A DNA stretch of 53,444 bases from Gammaproteobacteria bacterium. Lineage in GTDB: Bacteria > Pseudomonadota > Gammaproteobacteria > SZUA-140. Below are positions 34,874 to 46,472 of this stretch, in pieces (within the stretch, counting starts at the first letter, position 1; every line of letters starts with the position of its first letter). Made by a program: the position numbers and the translations under genes. The stretch is from NCBI GenBank assembly GCA_016124415.1, contig WGNS01000052.1, forward strand, positions 1-53,444, in the 5' to 3' direction. The notes beneath the pieces are model-generated. The model was not told the origin of the DNA, made no database searches, and saw nothing but the letters and a program-made list of their open reading frames with translations.

Positions 34874-37503
34874 CAGACCCCCAACTGTTCGCGGACCCAA
34901 CGAGGCACCGATGCCAGGGCGGCATCAAGCTGCTCGGGGTCCTTGCCACCGGCCTGGGCCATGTCGGGCCTGCCGCCGCCCTTGCCGCCCACCTGAAGGG
35001 CGACATGATTGACCAGGTCGCCCGCACGGAGACGGGAGGTCTCGGCTTTGGTCACACCGGCCACGAGACTGACCCTGCCGTCCTCGACACTGGCGAGCAC
35101 GATGGCTGCCGCGCCGAGTTTGTTCTTAAGTTGGTCCATGGTATCGCGCAGGATCTTGGAATCCGCGCCGTCGAGACAGGCGGCCAAAACCTTGACGCCA
35201 TCGATCTCCTGGGCCTGAGAGGCAAGATCACCCCCTTGATTGCTGGCCAGCTTGGCTTTGAGCCGCTCGATCTCCTTGTCCAAACTGCGGTTGCGTTCGA
35301 TGAGTTGACCGACCTTGTCGGCGATGCCGTCGCGACCGATCTGGAGAACGGCTCCGAGCCGCGCCAAAGTGTGTTCACCGCCGTCGATCCAGGCCAAGGC
35401 GCCTGTGGCCGTCACGGCCTCGATTCGCCGCACGCCGGCAGCCACTCCGGACTCCGAAACGATCTTGAACAGGCCGATCTCGCCGGTCCGGCGCACATGG
35501 GTACCGCCACAGAGTTCGACCGAAAAATCGCCCATGGACAGGACCCGGACGAGATCGCCGTATTTCTCACCGAACAGGGCCATCGCACCTGCGGCAACGG
35601 CTTCCTTCTGAGCCATGACGCGGGTCTGGACCTCAAGGTCGTCACGGATGCGCTCGTTGACCAGACGCTCCACATCGCGGAGTTCCTCCGGCTTCATGGC
35701 GTCAAAATGGGCAAAGTCGAAACGCAGACGATCCTGATCGACCAAGGAGCCTTTCTGCTGCACGTGATCACCCAGGATCTTGCGCAAAGCCGCATGCAAT
35801 AAATGGGTCGCGGAATGGTTGCAGGCCGTGGCGCGGCGTTTGGCCTGGTCGACCTGGACATCGACGCTCGCACCGGCAACGAGCTGACCGCTGGTCACGC
35901 GGATCCGATGCAAAAAGGCTCCGCCCTGCTTTTGAGTGTCGATCACATCGCCCAACGCGTCCTTGGCCCGGAAACCGCCGCGATCTCCGATCTGGCCGCC
36001 CGATTCGGCGTAGCAGGGCGTGCGATCGAGGACCATGAGCCCCTCTTCACCGGCGGCGATCCGATCCACGGTCCGCCCATCGGCGAAGAGCGCCACGACG
36101 TTACCCTTGGCTGCCATATGTTCGTAACCTTCGAAGGCCGTCTCGACGTCGACGTCGAGCCCCTCGCCGTGGGTCACACCGAACTGGCTGGCGGCGCGGG
36201 CGCGCTCGCGCTGACCGGCCATCGCAGCCTCGAAACCGGCCATATCGATCTGATGGCCGCGCTCGCGGGCGACATCGGCGGTCAGATCGACCGGGAATCC
36301 GTAGGTATCATAGAGCCGGAAGACCGTCTCACCCGGAACGACGTCGCCGGACAGTTCGGCCAACACCGACTCCAGCAGCGCCATGCCGTGATCGAGCGTC
36401 TCGGCGAAACGCTCCTCTTCCTGATTCAGGATGCGCTCGACATGTCCCTGGCCCTTGACGAGTTCCGGATAGGCATCACCCATTTCATCCACGAGCGCCG
36501 CGACCAGACGGTAGAAAAAGGCCTCACGCAGACCCAGCTTGTGACCATGGCGAATGGCGCGACGAATGATGCGGCGCAGCACGTAACCCCGGCCCTCGTT
36601 GGACGGGACCACGCCGTCCACAATCAGGAAGGCGCAGGAGCGGATATGATCGGCGATCACGCGTAGCGAGGTGTTGGTCAGGTCGTCGACACCGGCCATG
36701 TCGGCCACGGCCTTGACGAGGTTGCGGAACAAATCGATGTCGTAATTATTGTGAACGCCCTGCATGACCGCGGCGAGACGCTCGAGGCCCATGCCGGTAT
36801 CGACCGAAGGTTTCGGCAACGGCGCAAGCTCACCGCCGGCGTCGCGATTGAACTGCATGAAGACGAGATTCCAGATCTCGATGTAACGGTCGCCGTCTTC
36901 CTCGGGGGTGCCGGGAGGCCCGCCAGCGATCTCCGCCCCATGATCGTAGAAGATTTCGGAACAAGGGCCGCAGGGACCGGTATCGCCCATGGACCAGAAG
37001 TTGTCGCTTTCGTACTTGCGGCCGCCTGCCTTGTCGCCGATGCGGGAGAAACGCGCAGGATCGACGCCGATCTCGTTGAGCCAGATATCGGCGGCTTCCT
37101 CGTCGTCCGCGTAGACCGTGACCCAGAGCTTCTCGGCCGGCAGTTTCAGCTCGCCGGTCAGGAAGGTCCAGGCGAACTCGATGGCCTCGCGCTTGAAATA
37201 GTCGCCGAAGCTGAAATTGCCCAGCATTTCAAAGAAGGTGTGATGGCGCGCGGTATAACCAACGTTCTCGAGGTCGTTGTGTTTGCCGCCGGCGCGAACG
37301 CAACGCTGGGAACTGGCGGCCCGGACATAGGAACGGGATTCAAGGCCGAGAAAGGTCTCCTTGAACTGCACCATGCCGGCGTTCGTAAACAACAGGGTCG
37401 GATCGTTGGCCGGCACCAGCGGCGAACTCGGCACGATCTCATGTCCGCGCTCGTTGAAGAAATTCAGGAAACGCCGACGCAGCTCTGCACTACTTGTATT
37501 CAT
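34873..37503 (-). CDS. alaS: Alanine--tRNA ligase
   Basis: [48 protein letters not shown]. Confidence 0.98.
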   Translation of the reverse strand: MNTSSAELRRRFLNFFNERGHEIVPSSPLVPANDPTLLFTNAGMVQFKETFLGLESRSYVRAASSQRCVRAGGKHNDLENVGYTARHHTFFEMLGNFSFGDYFKREAIEFAWTFLTGELKLPAEKLWVTVYADDEEAADIWLNEIGVDPARFSRIGDKAGGRKYESDNFWSMGDTGPCGPCSEIFYDHGAEIAGGPPGTPEEDGDRYIEIWNLVFMQFNRDAGGELAPLPKPSVDTGMGLERLAAVMQGVHNNYDIDLFRNLVKAVADMAGVDDLTNTSLRVIADHIRSCAFLIVDGVVPSNEGRGYVLRRIIRRAIRHGHKLGLREAFFYRLVAALVDEMGDAYPELVKGQGHVERILNQEEERFAETLDHGMALLESVLAELSGDVVPGETVFRLYDTYGFPVDLTADVARERGHQIDMAGFEAAMAGQRERARAASQFGVTHGEGLDVDVETAFEGYEHMAAKGNVVALFADGRTVDRIAAGEEGLMVLDRTPCYAESGGQIGDRGGFRAKDALGDVIDTQKQGGAFLHRIRVTSGQLVAGASVDVQVDQAKRRATACNHSATHLLHAALRKILGDHVQQKGSLVDQDRLRFDFAHFDAMKPEELRDVERLVNERIRDDLEVQTRVMAQKEAVAAGAMALFGEKYGDLVRVLSMGDFSVELCGGTHVRRTGEIGLFKIVSESGVAAGVRRIEAVTATGALAWIDGGEHTLARLGAVLQIGRDGIADKVGQLIERNRSLDKEIERLKAKLASNQGGDLASQAQEIDGVKVLAACLDGADSKILRDTMDQLKNKLGAAAIVLASVEDGRVSLVAGVTKAETSRLRAGDLVNHVALQVGGKGGGRPDMAQAGGKDPEQLDAALASVPRWVREQLGV

Positions 37504-37637
37504 TTCAACACTTTCCAGTCCGGCCTGACTCGCACGACCGGAATCCTATTAGATAGCCTTTAAAATCAACCAAGTATCCGCCCTGACACTCGCACATCGT
37601 CCATACTCATCAACAACCGGCACGCGTTCGAAGCGCG

Positions 37638-38090
37638 CTACGCTTCCACGCCGCAGTTCGCGGACCAGACCGACTTGATCTGCTCCGGACTGAAGCCGCG
37701 CTGCGTCAAATATCGATACTGACGCGCCCGCTCCTTCAGGTCGTCGGGACACCGGCCGTCGAACCGCCGCCGCCAAACCCGTTCGGCGACATCGGCCCAA
37801 TCATCAGCCACCGGCCCCATGCACCCGTCGATCATCGACTCTTCGACCCCACGCCGAACGAGTTCGTAACGAATCCTGACCGGTCCCTCGCCGCGCTCCA
37901 TGCGCGACCTCAAAAAGGCCTCGGCGAAACGCTCATCGCTTTGCAAACGTTCGGCCGCCAAGGCATCCACCTCGGTCCGAACCAGTGCCGGATCATAACC
38001 TCTTCGATCCAACTTTTCTATGAGTTCCGCGCGGCTGTGCTCGCGCCGCGCGAGCAAGGCGATCGCCTTGCCGCGGATCTCCTCCCTCAG
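37638..38090 (-). CDS. recX: Regulatory protein RecX
   Basis: [24 protein letters not shown]; frame is open upstream to a CTG overlapping the recA stop (start uncertain). Confidence 0.88.
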   Translation of the reverse strand: MREEIRGKAIALLARREHSRAELIEKLDRRGYDPALVRTEVDALAAERLQSDERFAEAFLRSRMERGEGPVRIRYELVRRGVEESMIDGCMGPVADDWADVAERVWRRRFDGRCPDDLKERARQYRYLTQRGFSPEQIKSVWSANCGVEA

Positions 38091-39118
38091 ACCTCGAACT
38101 CCTCCGTCACCGCCTCGGCCTCGCCCGTCTTGGGCAGGCTCACGGCGCGGATCTTGCCCTCGATCTCGGCGGAGATTTCAGGATGTTCCTTAAGGAAGTT
38201 GCGGACATTGTCCTTGCCCTGGCCGATGCGGTCGCTGCCGTAGCTGTACCAGGCGCCGGACTTCTCGATGATGCCTTCCTTCACGCCCAACGTAATGATC
38301 TCGCCTTCCCGCGACACGCCCTCGCCGTAAAGGATGTCGAACTCGGCCTGTTTGAACGGCGGCGCAACCTTATTCTTGACAACCTTGACCCGGGTCTCGC
38401 TGCCGACGATCTCATCGCCCGCCTTGATGGCGCCGGTACGACGGATATCCATACGCACGGACGCGTAGAACTTCAGCGCGTTACCGCCCGTCGTGGTCTC
38501 GGGATTGCCGAACATGACGCCGATCTTCATACGGATCTGGTTGATGAAGATGACGAGCGTATTGGAACGCTTGATGTTGGCCGTCAGCTTGCGCAGGGCC
38601 TGTGACATCAGGCGCGCCTGCAGGCCCATATGGGAATCGCCCATGTCGCCTTCGATTTCGGCCTTAGGCGTCAGCGCCGCAACGGAGTCGATGATGACGA
38701 CGTCGATGGCCCCCGAACGGACCAGCATATCGGTGATTTCGAGCGCCTGCTCGCCGGTGTCGGGCTGGGAGACCAAAAGGTCGTCTACATTGACGCCGAT
38801 CTTCTCGGCATAGCTCGGATCGAGGGCGTGCTCGGCGTCGACGAAGGCAGCGGTGCCGCCCAGGCGTTGGGCCTCGGCGACGACCTGAAGCGCCAACGTG
38901 GTCTTACCCGAGGACTCCGGCCCGTAGATCTCGACGATACGGCCGCGCGGCAGTCCTCCGATACCCAGCGCGATATCGAGCCCCAGCGAGCCGGTCGAGA
39001 TGGCCTGAATGTCGCGCACGACACCGCTGTCGCCCATACGCATGACAGACCCTTTGCCGAATTGACGCTCGATCTGACCCAGCGCGGCCATTAGCGCTTT
39101 CTGTTTATTCTCGTCCAT
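38087..39118 (-). CDS. recA: Recombinase RecA
   Basis: [34 protein letters not shown]; start reset to ATG 39118. Confidence 0.99.
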   Translation of the reverse strand: MDENKQKALMAALGQIERQFGKGSVMRMGDSGVVRDIQAISTGSLGLDIALGIGGLPRGRIVEIYGPESSGKTTLALQVVAEAQRLGGTAAFVDAEHALDPSYAEKIGVNVDDLLVSQPDTGEQALEITDMLVRSGAIDVVIIDSVAALTPKAEIEGDMGDSHMGLQARLMSQALRKLTANIKRSNTLVIFINQIRMKIGVMFGNPETTTGGNALKFYASVRMDIRRTGAIKAGDEIVGSETRVKVVKNKVAPPFKQAEFDILYGEGVSREGEIITLGVKEGIIEKSGAWYSYGSDRIGQGKDNVRNFLKEHPEISAEIEGKIRAVSLPKTGEAEAVTEEFEV

Positions 39119-39355
39119 TCCACACCCTCTGAATTCGCTTGATGATTGAGATCGGATACGCCTGTCACACGGCCGGCTGACAGGCGGGTTGAGGGGGATT
39201 ATCACACAGAATGGAGTCGCCAAGCCATGGCCGAGCCGAGCCAAAGAGGGCTATCGAGGCAACCCGCCGGGGCTCACAGGCTTGCAACCTGGACCCAAAC
39301 CCATCATCATGTCGGATTCGTTCAAACCCGATCCGATCGCGACCATATATCCAGA

Positions 39356-41266
39356 ATGTCAACACAAGGAAGATTTCCTCTGCTCGAGGCCATCGACGGC
39401 CCCGCGCAGCTCCGTCAATTGCCCGAAAAACGCCTCGGCGAACTGGGTAGGGAGTTGCGTGAATTTCTGGTCGAGTCGGTTTCCCGTACCGGCGGGCACT
39501 TGTCGGCCAACCTGGGCACGATCGAACTGACGATTGCGCTGCATTACGTCTTCGACACCCCCAGGGATCAGTTGATCTGGGACGTCGGCCATCAAACCTA
39601 CCCGCACAAAATCCTGACCGGCCGCCGCGAGGCCATGGCCGGACTGCGCCGCAAGGGCGGCATCGCCGGATTTCCGAAGCGCGACGAGAGCGAATACGAC
39701 GTCTTCGGCGTCGGTCATTCGAGCACCTCGATCAGCGCCGCGCTGGGCATGGCGATCGCCCATCAACGGCAAGGCGAACGGGACCGCCGGGTCGTCGCCG
39801 TCATCGGCGACGGGGCGCTGACGGCAGGTATGGCCTATGAGGCACTGCTGCACGCCGGCCACGTCGGGTGCGACATGCTGGTGATCCTGAACGACAACGA
39901 GATGTCGATTTCACCGAATGTCGGCGGCCTGTCGAACTACTTGGCCAAGCTGCTCTCCGGCCGTTTCTATTCGACGATGCGCGAGGGCGGCAAGAAGGTG
40001 CTGAGCACGGTACCGCCGGTTTGGGAGCTGGCCAAACGCGCCGAGGAACATATGAAGGGCATGGTCGTGCCGGGCCCCGGCACCCTGTTCGAGGAACTCG
40101 GATTCAACTACATCGGCCCGATCGACGGCCACGACATCCATACTCTGGTAGAGACGCTGCGAAACCTGCGCACGCTTAAAGGCCCGCAGTTCCTGCACGT
40201 CGTGACCCGCAAGGGCAAGGGCTACGCCCCGGCCGAGCACAACCCCTGCGGATATCACGGCGTATCATCCTTCGACTGCGAGAGCGGTGAACTGCGGACC
40301 ACAAAATCAAGCGGCCCCAGCTACACCGAAGTTTTCGGGCAGTGGCTTTGCGACCGCGCCGCCGCCGACCCGAAACTTGTCGGGCTGACGCCGGCCATGC
40401 GCGAAGGCTCCGGCATGGTGGCATTTTCGGAGCAGTATCCCGAGCGCTTCTTCGACGTCGGCATCGCCGAGCAGCACTGCATCACGCTCGCCGCCGGCTT
40501 GGCCTGCGAGGATACCCGGCCCGTCGCGGCGATCTATTCAACCTTCCTCCAGCGCGCCTACGATCAGCTGATCCATGACGTCGCGCTGCAGGATCTGCCG
40601 GTACTGTTCGCGATCGACCGCGGCGGGCTGGTCGGGCCCGACGGCCCCACGCACGCAGGCAGCTTCGATCTAAGCTACCTGCGCTGCATTCCGAATATGA
40701 TCGTCATGGCTCCGGCCGACGAGGACGAGTGTTACGCCATGCTGACGACCGGCCACGTCAGCGGCCGTCCGAGCGCGGTGCGCTATCCGCGCGGCGTCGG
40801 GCCGGGCAAAGCGGTAAACCGCGACCCCGGGCGGACGCTGCCGATCGGCAAGGCCGAACCCCGCCGCAGGGGTCGCGAGATCGCCCTGCTGGCCTTCGGC
40901 AGCACGGTCGCGCCTTGCGAGGCCGTCGCCGAGCAACTCAACGCCACACTGATCAACATGCGTTTCGTCAAGCCGCTCGACGAGGATACCGTCATTCAGG
41001 CGGCGCATGAGCACGGCTGCATCGTAACGATCGAGGAAAATGCAATCGCGGGTGGCGCCGGCAGCGCGGTCAACGAGTGCCTGAATGCCCATGGCTACAC
41101 CGTGCCGACGCTCAATCTCGGCATCCCGGACCGCTTCATCGCCCACGGCAGCCGGGACGAACTACTGGCTGAATGCGGGCTCGATGTCGCCGGCATCCGG
41201 CACTCCATAGAACGTTTTTTGCAAGGGCGTGCTTGCAAAAAACAGGTGATCGACGTAAATTCATAG
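39356..41266 (+). CDS. dxs: 1-deoxy-D-xylulose-5-phosphate synthase
   Basis: [43 protein letters not shown]; start reset to ATG 39356. Confidence 0.97.
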   Translation: MSTQGRFPLLEAIDGPAQLRQLPEKRLGELGRELREFLVESVSRTGGHLSANLGTIELTIALHYVFDTPRDQLIWDVGHQTYPHKILTGRREAMAGLRRKGGIAGFPKRDESEYDVFGVGHSSTSISAALGMAIAHQRQGERDRRVVAVIGDGALTAGMAYEALLHAGHVGCDMLVILNDNEMSISPNVGGLSNYLAKLLSGRFYSTMREGGKKVLSTVPPVWELAKRAEEHMKGMVVPGPGTLFEELGFNYIGPIDGHDIHTLVETLRNLRTLKGPQFLHVVTRKGKGYAPAEHNPCGYHGVSSFDCESGELRTTKSSGPSYTEVFGQWLCDRAAADPKLVGLTPAMREGSGMVAFSEQYPERFFDVGIAEQHCITLAAGLACEDTRPVAAIYSTFLQRAYDQLIHDVALQDLPVLFAIDRGGLVGPDGPTHAGSFDLSYLRCIPNMIVMAPADEDECYAMLTTGHVSGRPSAVRYPRGVGPGKAVNRDPGRTLPIGKAEPRRRGREIALLAFGSTVAPCEAVAEQLNATLINMRFVKPLDEDTVIQAAHEHGCIVTIEENAIAGGAGSAVNECLNAHGYTVPTLNLGIPDRFIAHGSRDELLAECGLDVAGIRHSIERFLQGRACKKQVIDVNS

Positions 41267-41285
41267 CGTTTTAGTCAGGTACATC

Positions 41286-41687
41286 ATGGTTCCGCGTTTT
41301 TGCCTCAAGGTCAGCGTCAGCTTTGCTGCCGCACATCAGCTTCGCGACTATCCGGGCGATTGCAGCCGGCTCCATGGCCATAACTGGCGCCTTGAGGTCG
41401 AGGTGTCCGCGCCAAGGCTCGACGACAGCGGCATGGTCGTCGATTTCCGGCAGATCAAGCAGGCCGCCCGCGAGGTGACCGACGAACTCGATCACACCTT
41501 CCTGAACGAAATGCCGCCGTTCGACAGGCTCAATCCGACGGCCGAGAACATCGCCGCCTACCTCTACGGACAGCTTTCGGATCGGATCAACGACGGCAAT
41601 CGATCGATAACGGCTGTCACGCTCTGGGAGACCGACAACGCCAGCGTGCGATACAGCGAGGAATTAGGGCCTGTTAACGCTTATTAG
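41286..41687 (+). CDS. queD: 6-carboxytetrahydropterin synthase
   Basis: FAAAH, CSRLHGHNW, LDHTFLNE, PTAEN, WET. Confidence 0.92.
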   Translation: MVPRFCLKVSVSFAAAHQLRDYPGDCSRLHGHNWRLEVEVSAPRLDDSGMVVDFRQIKQAAREVTDELDHTFLNEMPPFDRLNPTAENIAAYLYGQLSDRINDGNRSITAVTLWETDNASVRYSEELGPVNAY

Positions 41688-41696
41688 ATCGCCTCT

Positions 41697-41916
41697 GCTG
41701 GCGTCATTTTTTCGTCCGGCAAGGCAGAGGGAGAGCAGTGTAGTGCGTCTACATAAACGACCGAGCCACATACGACTGATAAGGCAGCTGGACGGAAAAA
41801 CGGCGCCAGCCCTTCGGGTTGCAGCCAAAATGCCGCCACTCGTCGTTGCTCGGCGCTCATTTGGAATAACCAAACCACGCTTCTCGCGCCTAGATTGGTG
41901 GCATTTTGGCCGCAAC
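41697..41916 (+). ncRNA. Candidate structured RNA / four-repeat element between queD and folE2
   Basis: 24-bp stem (41697-41720 with 41787-41810) and 21-bp stem (41818-41838 with 41896-41916), with G-U pairs on the + strand; no family recognised. Confidence 0.5.
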
Positions 41917-41950
41917 AGAGGTGATCGAACAAGCGTTAGCAGGCCCTAAC

Positions 41951-42742
41951 ATGACCGATACCGACATCGCAGACGTCCAGAACACCCCCGACACGCGCAA
42001 ACTCGCGATCGACAAGGTCGGCATCAAGGATATCCGCCACCCGATCCGGGTGAGGGACCGCAGCGCCGGCGAACAGCACACGATCGCGACCTTCAACATG
42101 TACGTGGACCTGCCCCATAACTTCAAGGGCACCCACATGTCCCGGTTCGTCGAGCTTTTGAATGCTCATGAGCGGGAAATCACGGTCGCGACCTTCAAGG
42201 AGATCCTGGTCGACATGCAAAAACTTCTGCATGCCGAGTCGGCGCACATCGAGATGCGCTTCCCGTACTTCATCCGCAAGGCGGCGCCGGTCTCGGGCGT
42301 ACCGAGCATGCTCGACTACGATGTCACGTTTATCGGCAACGTCCGCGGCGACAAGGTCGACCTGACGATCAAGGTCGTCGTTCCGGTGACGAGCCTGTGT
42401 CCGTGCTCCAAGGAAATCTCCGAATACGGGGCGCACAACCAACGCTCGCACGTCACGGTCGCAGCCCGAACCCAAGGCTTCGTCTGGGTCGAGGACCTGA
42501 TCGACATCGTCGAGAAAGAGGCCTCGTGCGAAATCTTCGGCCTGCTGAAACGCGCCGACGAGAAATTCGTGACCGAACGGGCCTACGAAAATCCGAAATT
42601 CGTCGAGGACATGGTCCGCGACGTCGCCACCCGCCTCAACCGCGACGAACGAATCATCGGTTACACGCTCGAATCCGAAAACTTCGAATCGATCCACAAC
42701 CACTCGGCCTACGCGCTGATCACCAAAAACATGTCTTGCTGA
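41951..42742 (+). CDS. folE2: GTP cyclohydrolase IB
   Basis: [41 protein letters not shown]. Confidence 0.95.
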   Translation: MTDTDIADVQNTPDTRKLAIDKVGIKDIRHPIRVRDRSAGEQHTIATFNMYVDLPHNFKGTHMSRFVELLNAHEREITVATFKEILVDMQKLLHAESAHIEMRFPYFIRKAAPVSGVPSMLDYDVTFIGNVRGDKVDLTIKVVVPVTSLCPCSKEISEYGAHNQRSHVTVAARTQGFVWVEDLIDIVEKEASCEIFGLLKRADEKFVTERAYENPKFVEDMVRDVATRLNRDERIIGYTLESENFESIHNHSAYALITKNMSC

Positions 42743-42803
42743 GTCCGGCGCACCGGACCGCCACGGGCATTCCCTCAATATCCCGGAAACCGATGATCGT
42801 CTC

Positions 42804-43712
42804 ATGAGCGACGAAACCACCTGGCTGCAACTGCACATCGACACCCGCTCCGGCGATGCCGACATGGTCAACGCGGCGCTTGAGGAAAACGGCGCGCTGG
42901 CCGTGACGCTGAGCGATCCCGCCGACGTCCCGATCTATGAACCGCCGCTCGGCGAAGCCCCGCTGTGGCCGGACACACGCGTGACCGGGCTGTTCCCGGC
43001 AGACGGCATCGACCCCGACGAACTGGTCATGCGCCTCCAGACCGCCCTGCGGGCGCTGGGCCCGCTCCAGATCCGAGTGGAAACACTGGCCGACCAGGAT
43101 TGGGAACGGGTCTGGATGCGCGACTTCAAACCCATGCGCTTCGGACAAAGCCTTTGGATCTGCCCGGGCGACACGCCACCGCCCGCCCCCGACGCCAACA
43201 ACATCCTGCTTGACCCGGGCCTCGCGTTCGGCAGCGGTACGCATCCCACGACGGGCCTGTGCCTCGAATGGCTCGACGAGGCTTGGTGCGCCGGCGGCGT
43301 CCTCGGCGACGCCGAGGTCATCGACTACGGCTGCGGCTCGGGCATCCTGGCCGTCGCGGCCGCCAAGCTCGGCGCACACCACGTATGGGCCGTGGATATC
43401 GACCCGCAGGCATTGACGGCAACCACGGCCAACGCCGAGCGCAACGGGGTCTCGGATCGCATTACGACCTGCTTGCCGAAAGGCCTTCCGGCGATGCAGG
43501 CGGACATCCTGATCGCCAACATCCTGGCCAACCCGCTCAAGGACCTCGCGCCCCACTTCGCAGCCTTGGTCAGGCCGGGTGGAAAACTCGTGCTTTCGGG
43601 TATACTGGAGGACCAGATCGAGCCCGTTTGGCAGGCCTACCGGGCATCTTTCGAGCGTGACGGCTTCCGCATACAGGGGGACTGGGCGCGCATCCAGGGT
43701 CACAAGGCCTGA
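42804..43712 (+). CDS. prmA: Ribosomal protein L11 methyltransferase
   Basis: DQDWER, LDPGLAFGSGTHPTT, IDYGCGSGIL, ANILANP, LSGIL. Confidence 0.95.
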   Translation: MSDETTWLQLHIDTRSGDADMVNAALEENGALAVTLSDPADVPIYEPPLGEAPLWPDTRVTGLFPADGIDPDELVMRLQTALRALGPLQIRVETLADQDWERVWMRDFKPMRFGQSLWICPGDTPPPAPDANNILLDPGLAFGSGTHPTTGLCLEWLDEAWCAGGVLGDAEVIDYGCGSGILAVAAAKLGAHHVWAVDIDPQALTATTANAERNGVSDRITTCLPKGLPAMQADILIANILANPLKDLAPHFAALVRPGGKLVLSGILEDQIEPVWQAYRASFERDGFRIQGDWARIQGHKA

Positions 43713-43819
43713 AGCTCGACATTCATACGACAAGGATCTACGCCCCGGCGCGCTGACCGAAAGCGTCTGAGCGGCGGCCGATCCGGTATCAACCGCTCGG
43801 AAACCGAGAACACGAAGCT

Positions 43820-44602
43820 ATGGAATTCGTCTGCCCCAATTGTCAGCAGATCAACGAGATCAGCGGCCTGCCCGGCACGAGCGGGCAATTCGCCGTGGAC
43901 TGCCCCTATTGCCATCACGGCTTCACGATCCAGATCGACATTCAGGCCATCCCCGATGACGAGGACGTCATCTACGTGGAAGAACCGGACGTCTCCGAGC
44001 CGGAACCGGAAAACGCGACCGATATCCAACCGCAGGCCGAAGCGGAACGCGAAAAACCGACCATTGAGATCACCGAAGAGGTTCGTCTCGCCGCCCTGGA
44101 CCACGTCCCCGAGATGCGGCAGCGTTCACGCGCGCCGGCGCGAATCTTCGGCAGTCTCGTGAGCATCGCGCTTTTAGCCTCGCTAGCGCTTCAACAGGCC
44201 TATTTTCGCCGCGACGAACTCGCCGGCCATGAACGCCTGCGGCCCTGGCTCGAAAAGCTTTGCCGATATGCCGAATGTACTTTGGCCCCTAGGCGCGCCC
44301 CGGATCGTCTGCGCATCAGTAGACCCGATGTCCACCTTGACGAGCAATATCAGAACGTACTCGATGCCAGCGCCCTGATCCGCAACGAGGCCGCGTTTCC
44401 ACAGGCGCTTCCGGGTCTGGAACTGAGTTTCTATGACCTGGAACACCGCCGGGTCGCTTGGCGCCGCTTCGAACCGCGTGAATACCTGGGCAACCTCGGC
44501 GATCGAGTGACCGTCATCCCGGCCAACGGCACGCTCCTGGCCCAGGTGCGCATCCTGGATCCGGGCACGAAAGCGATGGGTTTCGAATTCACGGCGAGAT
44601 AG
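43820..44602 (+). CDS. Zinc-ribbon / DUF3426 domain protein
   Basis: CPNC...CPYC ribbon, acidic linker, TM, LCRYAEC; usual position after prmA. Confidence 0.82.
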   Translation: MEFVCPNCQQINEISGLPGTSGQFAVDCPYCHHGFTIQIDIQAIPDDEDVIYVEEPDVSEPEPENATDIQPQAEAEREKPTIEITEEVRLAALDHVPEMRQRSRAPARIFGSLVSIALLASLALQQAYFRRDELAGHERLRPWLEKLCRYAECTLAPRRAPDRLRISRPDVHLDEQYQNVLDASALIRNEAAFPQALPGLELSFYDLEHRRVAWRRFEPREYLGNLGDRVTVIPANGTLLAQVRILDPGTKAMGFEFTAR

Positions 44603-44676
44603 GCGTGTGGCGGCTTGCACTTGACCACGCCAGCTTGTAACTTGCTCTTTATTGACCTACAACTCTTAGCGGAACC

Positions 44677-45060
44677 ATGGCCACCCCAACCGACATCCGT
44701 CTGCGCAAGGCCTCCAAGCGTCTCGAGATCGTCTTCGACGACGGCGCCCAGTTCGAGTTCACATGTGAATTCCTGCGCGTTCACTCGCCGTCGGCGGAAG
44801 TGCGCGGGCATGGCGCGGGCCAGGAGGTACTGCAAGCCGGCAAGGCCGACGTCAACATCGTCGAAATTGAGCCCGTCGGCAATTATGCCGTCCGCCTGGT
44901 CTTCGACGACGGCCACCAGACCGGGCTCTATTCCTGGGACCTGCTCTATCGTTACGGACAGAATCAGGAAGCCATGTGGCAACGTTATCTGAAGGCCCTC
45001 GACGCCGCAGGCGCATCGCGCGAGGCCCAGACCAGCCCGGAGACACCCGGTCATGACTGA
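44677..45060 (+). CDS. DUF971 family protein
   Basis: [30 protein letters not shown]. Confidence 0.9.
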   Translation: MATPTDIRLRKASKRLEIVFDDGAQFEFTCEFLRVHSPSAEVRGHGAGQEVLQAGKADVNIVEIEPVGNYAVRLVFDDGHQTGLYSWDLLYRYGQNQEAMWQRYLKALDAAGASREAQTSPETPGHD

Positions 45061-45808
45061 GCGCGACGAAAATCGGACTCACTTCGGGTACGAGGAAGTC
45101 CCGGTCGCTGAAAAACGGCAGCGTGTCGGCGCGGTCTTCACTTCGGTCGCGAGGCGCTACGACATCATGAACGACGTCATGTCCATGGGCATCCACCGCC
45201 TCTGGAAGACGCTGACCGTCCATATGACCCATGTCAGGAGCGGCCAGACCTGCCTAGATCTCGCGGCCGGCACGGGCGATATCGCGGCAAAGCTCGCCAA
45301 AGCGGTCGGTTCGAAGGGTCGGGTCGTCGCCTGCGACATCAATCGGGCCATGCTGTCCACGGGACGGGACCGCCTGCTCGACCGTGGCCTCGTCGGCAAT
45401 ATCGACTATATCCAGGCCGATGCCGAGGCGTTACCTTTCGCCGACAACAGTTTCGATTGCGCCACCATGGCCTTCGGCCTGCGCAACGTCACGCACAAAG
45501 AGCGCGCATTGGCGAGCCTGGCTCGCGTCTTGAAACCCGGCGCGCGTCTTTATGTCCTTGAATTCTCCAAGCCGGTTTCGCCGTTGCTTTCCAGTATCTA
45601 CGATCAGTATTCCTTCAAACTGCTGCCTGCCATGGGCAAACTGATCGCCGGCGACGCCGACAGCTACCGTTATCTGGCCGAATCGATCCGCATGCACCCC
45701 GATCAGGAAACGCTCAAGAAAATGATGCTGAATGCCGGGTTCGATCGTTGCGAATACCTGAACCTATCCGGGGGTATCGTAGCCCTGCACCAGGCCTGCA
45801 AATTCTAG
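45053..45808 (+). CDS. ubiE: Ubiquinone/menaquinone C-methyltransferase
   Basis: [33 protein letters not shown]. Confidence 0.96.
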   Translation: MTERDENRTHFGYEEVPVAEKRQRVGAVFTSVARRYDIMNDVMSMGIHRLWKTLTVHMTHVRSGQTCLDLAAGTGDIAAKLAKAVGSKGRVVACDINRAMLSTGRDRLLDRGLVGNIDYIQADAEALPFADNSFDCATMAFGLRNVTHKERALASLARVLKPGARLYVLEFSKPVSPLLSSIYDQYSFKLLPAMGKLIAGDADSYRYLAESIRMHPDQETLKKMMLNAGFDRCEYLNLSGGIVALHQACKF

Positions 45809-45860
45809 AACCTCTAAGTGACGCTATGAATCACCGAAACGCGACCGGAGGCGCCTGATC

Positions 45861-46472
45861 ATGTGGCTGGAATTCCTGCTGACGGCCGTTGAGTCGATCC
45901 TAAACCGAATTATCGCCCTTGACCCCGCCGCGCTCGCTGATCTTTCGCGGCTCGGCGGCAAAAGCGTCGCTCTGGAGATCACCGACCTCAAACGCACCGT
46001 CTATCTTCGCCCTGGTCCCAAAGGCATCAGCCTGACCCATGTCGCGCCCGATCAAATCGATACGACGCTGAGCGGAAGCAGTCTCGATTTCGTGGCCGCG
46101 GCCACCCGTAAGGACAAGCGCGACACCCCGCTCCGGGTCGACGGCGACGCCGACCTGGCGGCAAGCATCCAGGGCACGATCACGCGCCTCGACATTGATT
46201 GGGAAGAGGAACTGTCGCACGCCTGCGGCGACGTCCTGGCGCACGAAATCGTGAGACAGGTACGCGGCATGTCCGACTGGTGCCGAGCTACTCAAAAAAC
46301 GCTCGAAACCGATCTGCGCGAATATCTGGTCGAGGAGTCGGGACTCACGCCGCATCCGATCGAACTCGGTGAATTCCTCTCCGACGTAGACCGCCTGCGC
46401 GCCGACAGCGACCGGATCGAGGCGCGCATCGAGCGCCTGCGCCGGCGTCTCGGCCAAACGATGGAGGCATGA
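45861..46472 (+). CDS. ubiJ: Ubiquinone biosynthesis accessory factor (SCP2 domain)
   Basis: [23 protein letters not shown]; between ubiE and ubiB. Confidence 0.88.
   Translation: MWLEFLLTAVESILNRIIALDPAALADLSRLGGKSVALEITDLKRTVYLRPGPKGISLTHVAPDQIDTTLSGSSLDFVAAATRKDKRDTPLRVDGDADLAASIQGTITRLDIDWEEELSHACGDVLAHEIVRQVRGMSDWCRATQKTLETDLREYLVEESGLTPHPIELGEFLSDVDRLRADSDRIEARIERLRRRLGQTMEA

Noticed and set aside
33365-34996. 543-aa + strand ORF
   Set aside because: Antisense shadow of lysC.
39119-39355. Canonical LexA SOS box before recA
   Set aside because: CTGT and ACAG are 14 nt apart, not 8; reported only as an unexplained palindrome.
41743-41949. 68-aa leader ORF ending just before folE2
   Set aside because: Has an RBS-like sequence but no protein-like features and lies across the stems; cannot be supported without conservation data.
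43820-43940. CPYCH as a heme c site
   Set aside because: Second half of a cytoplasmic CxxC...CxxC zinc ribbon with no export signal.
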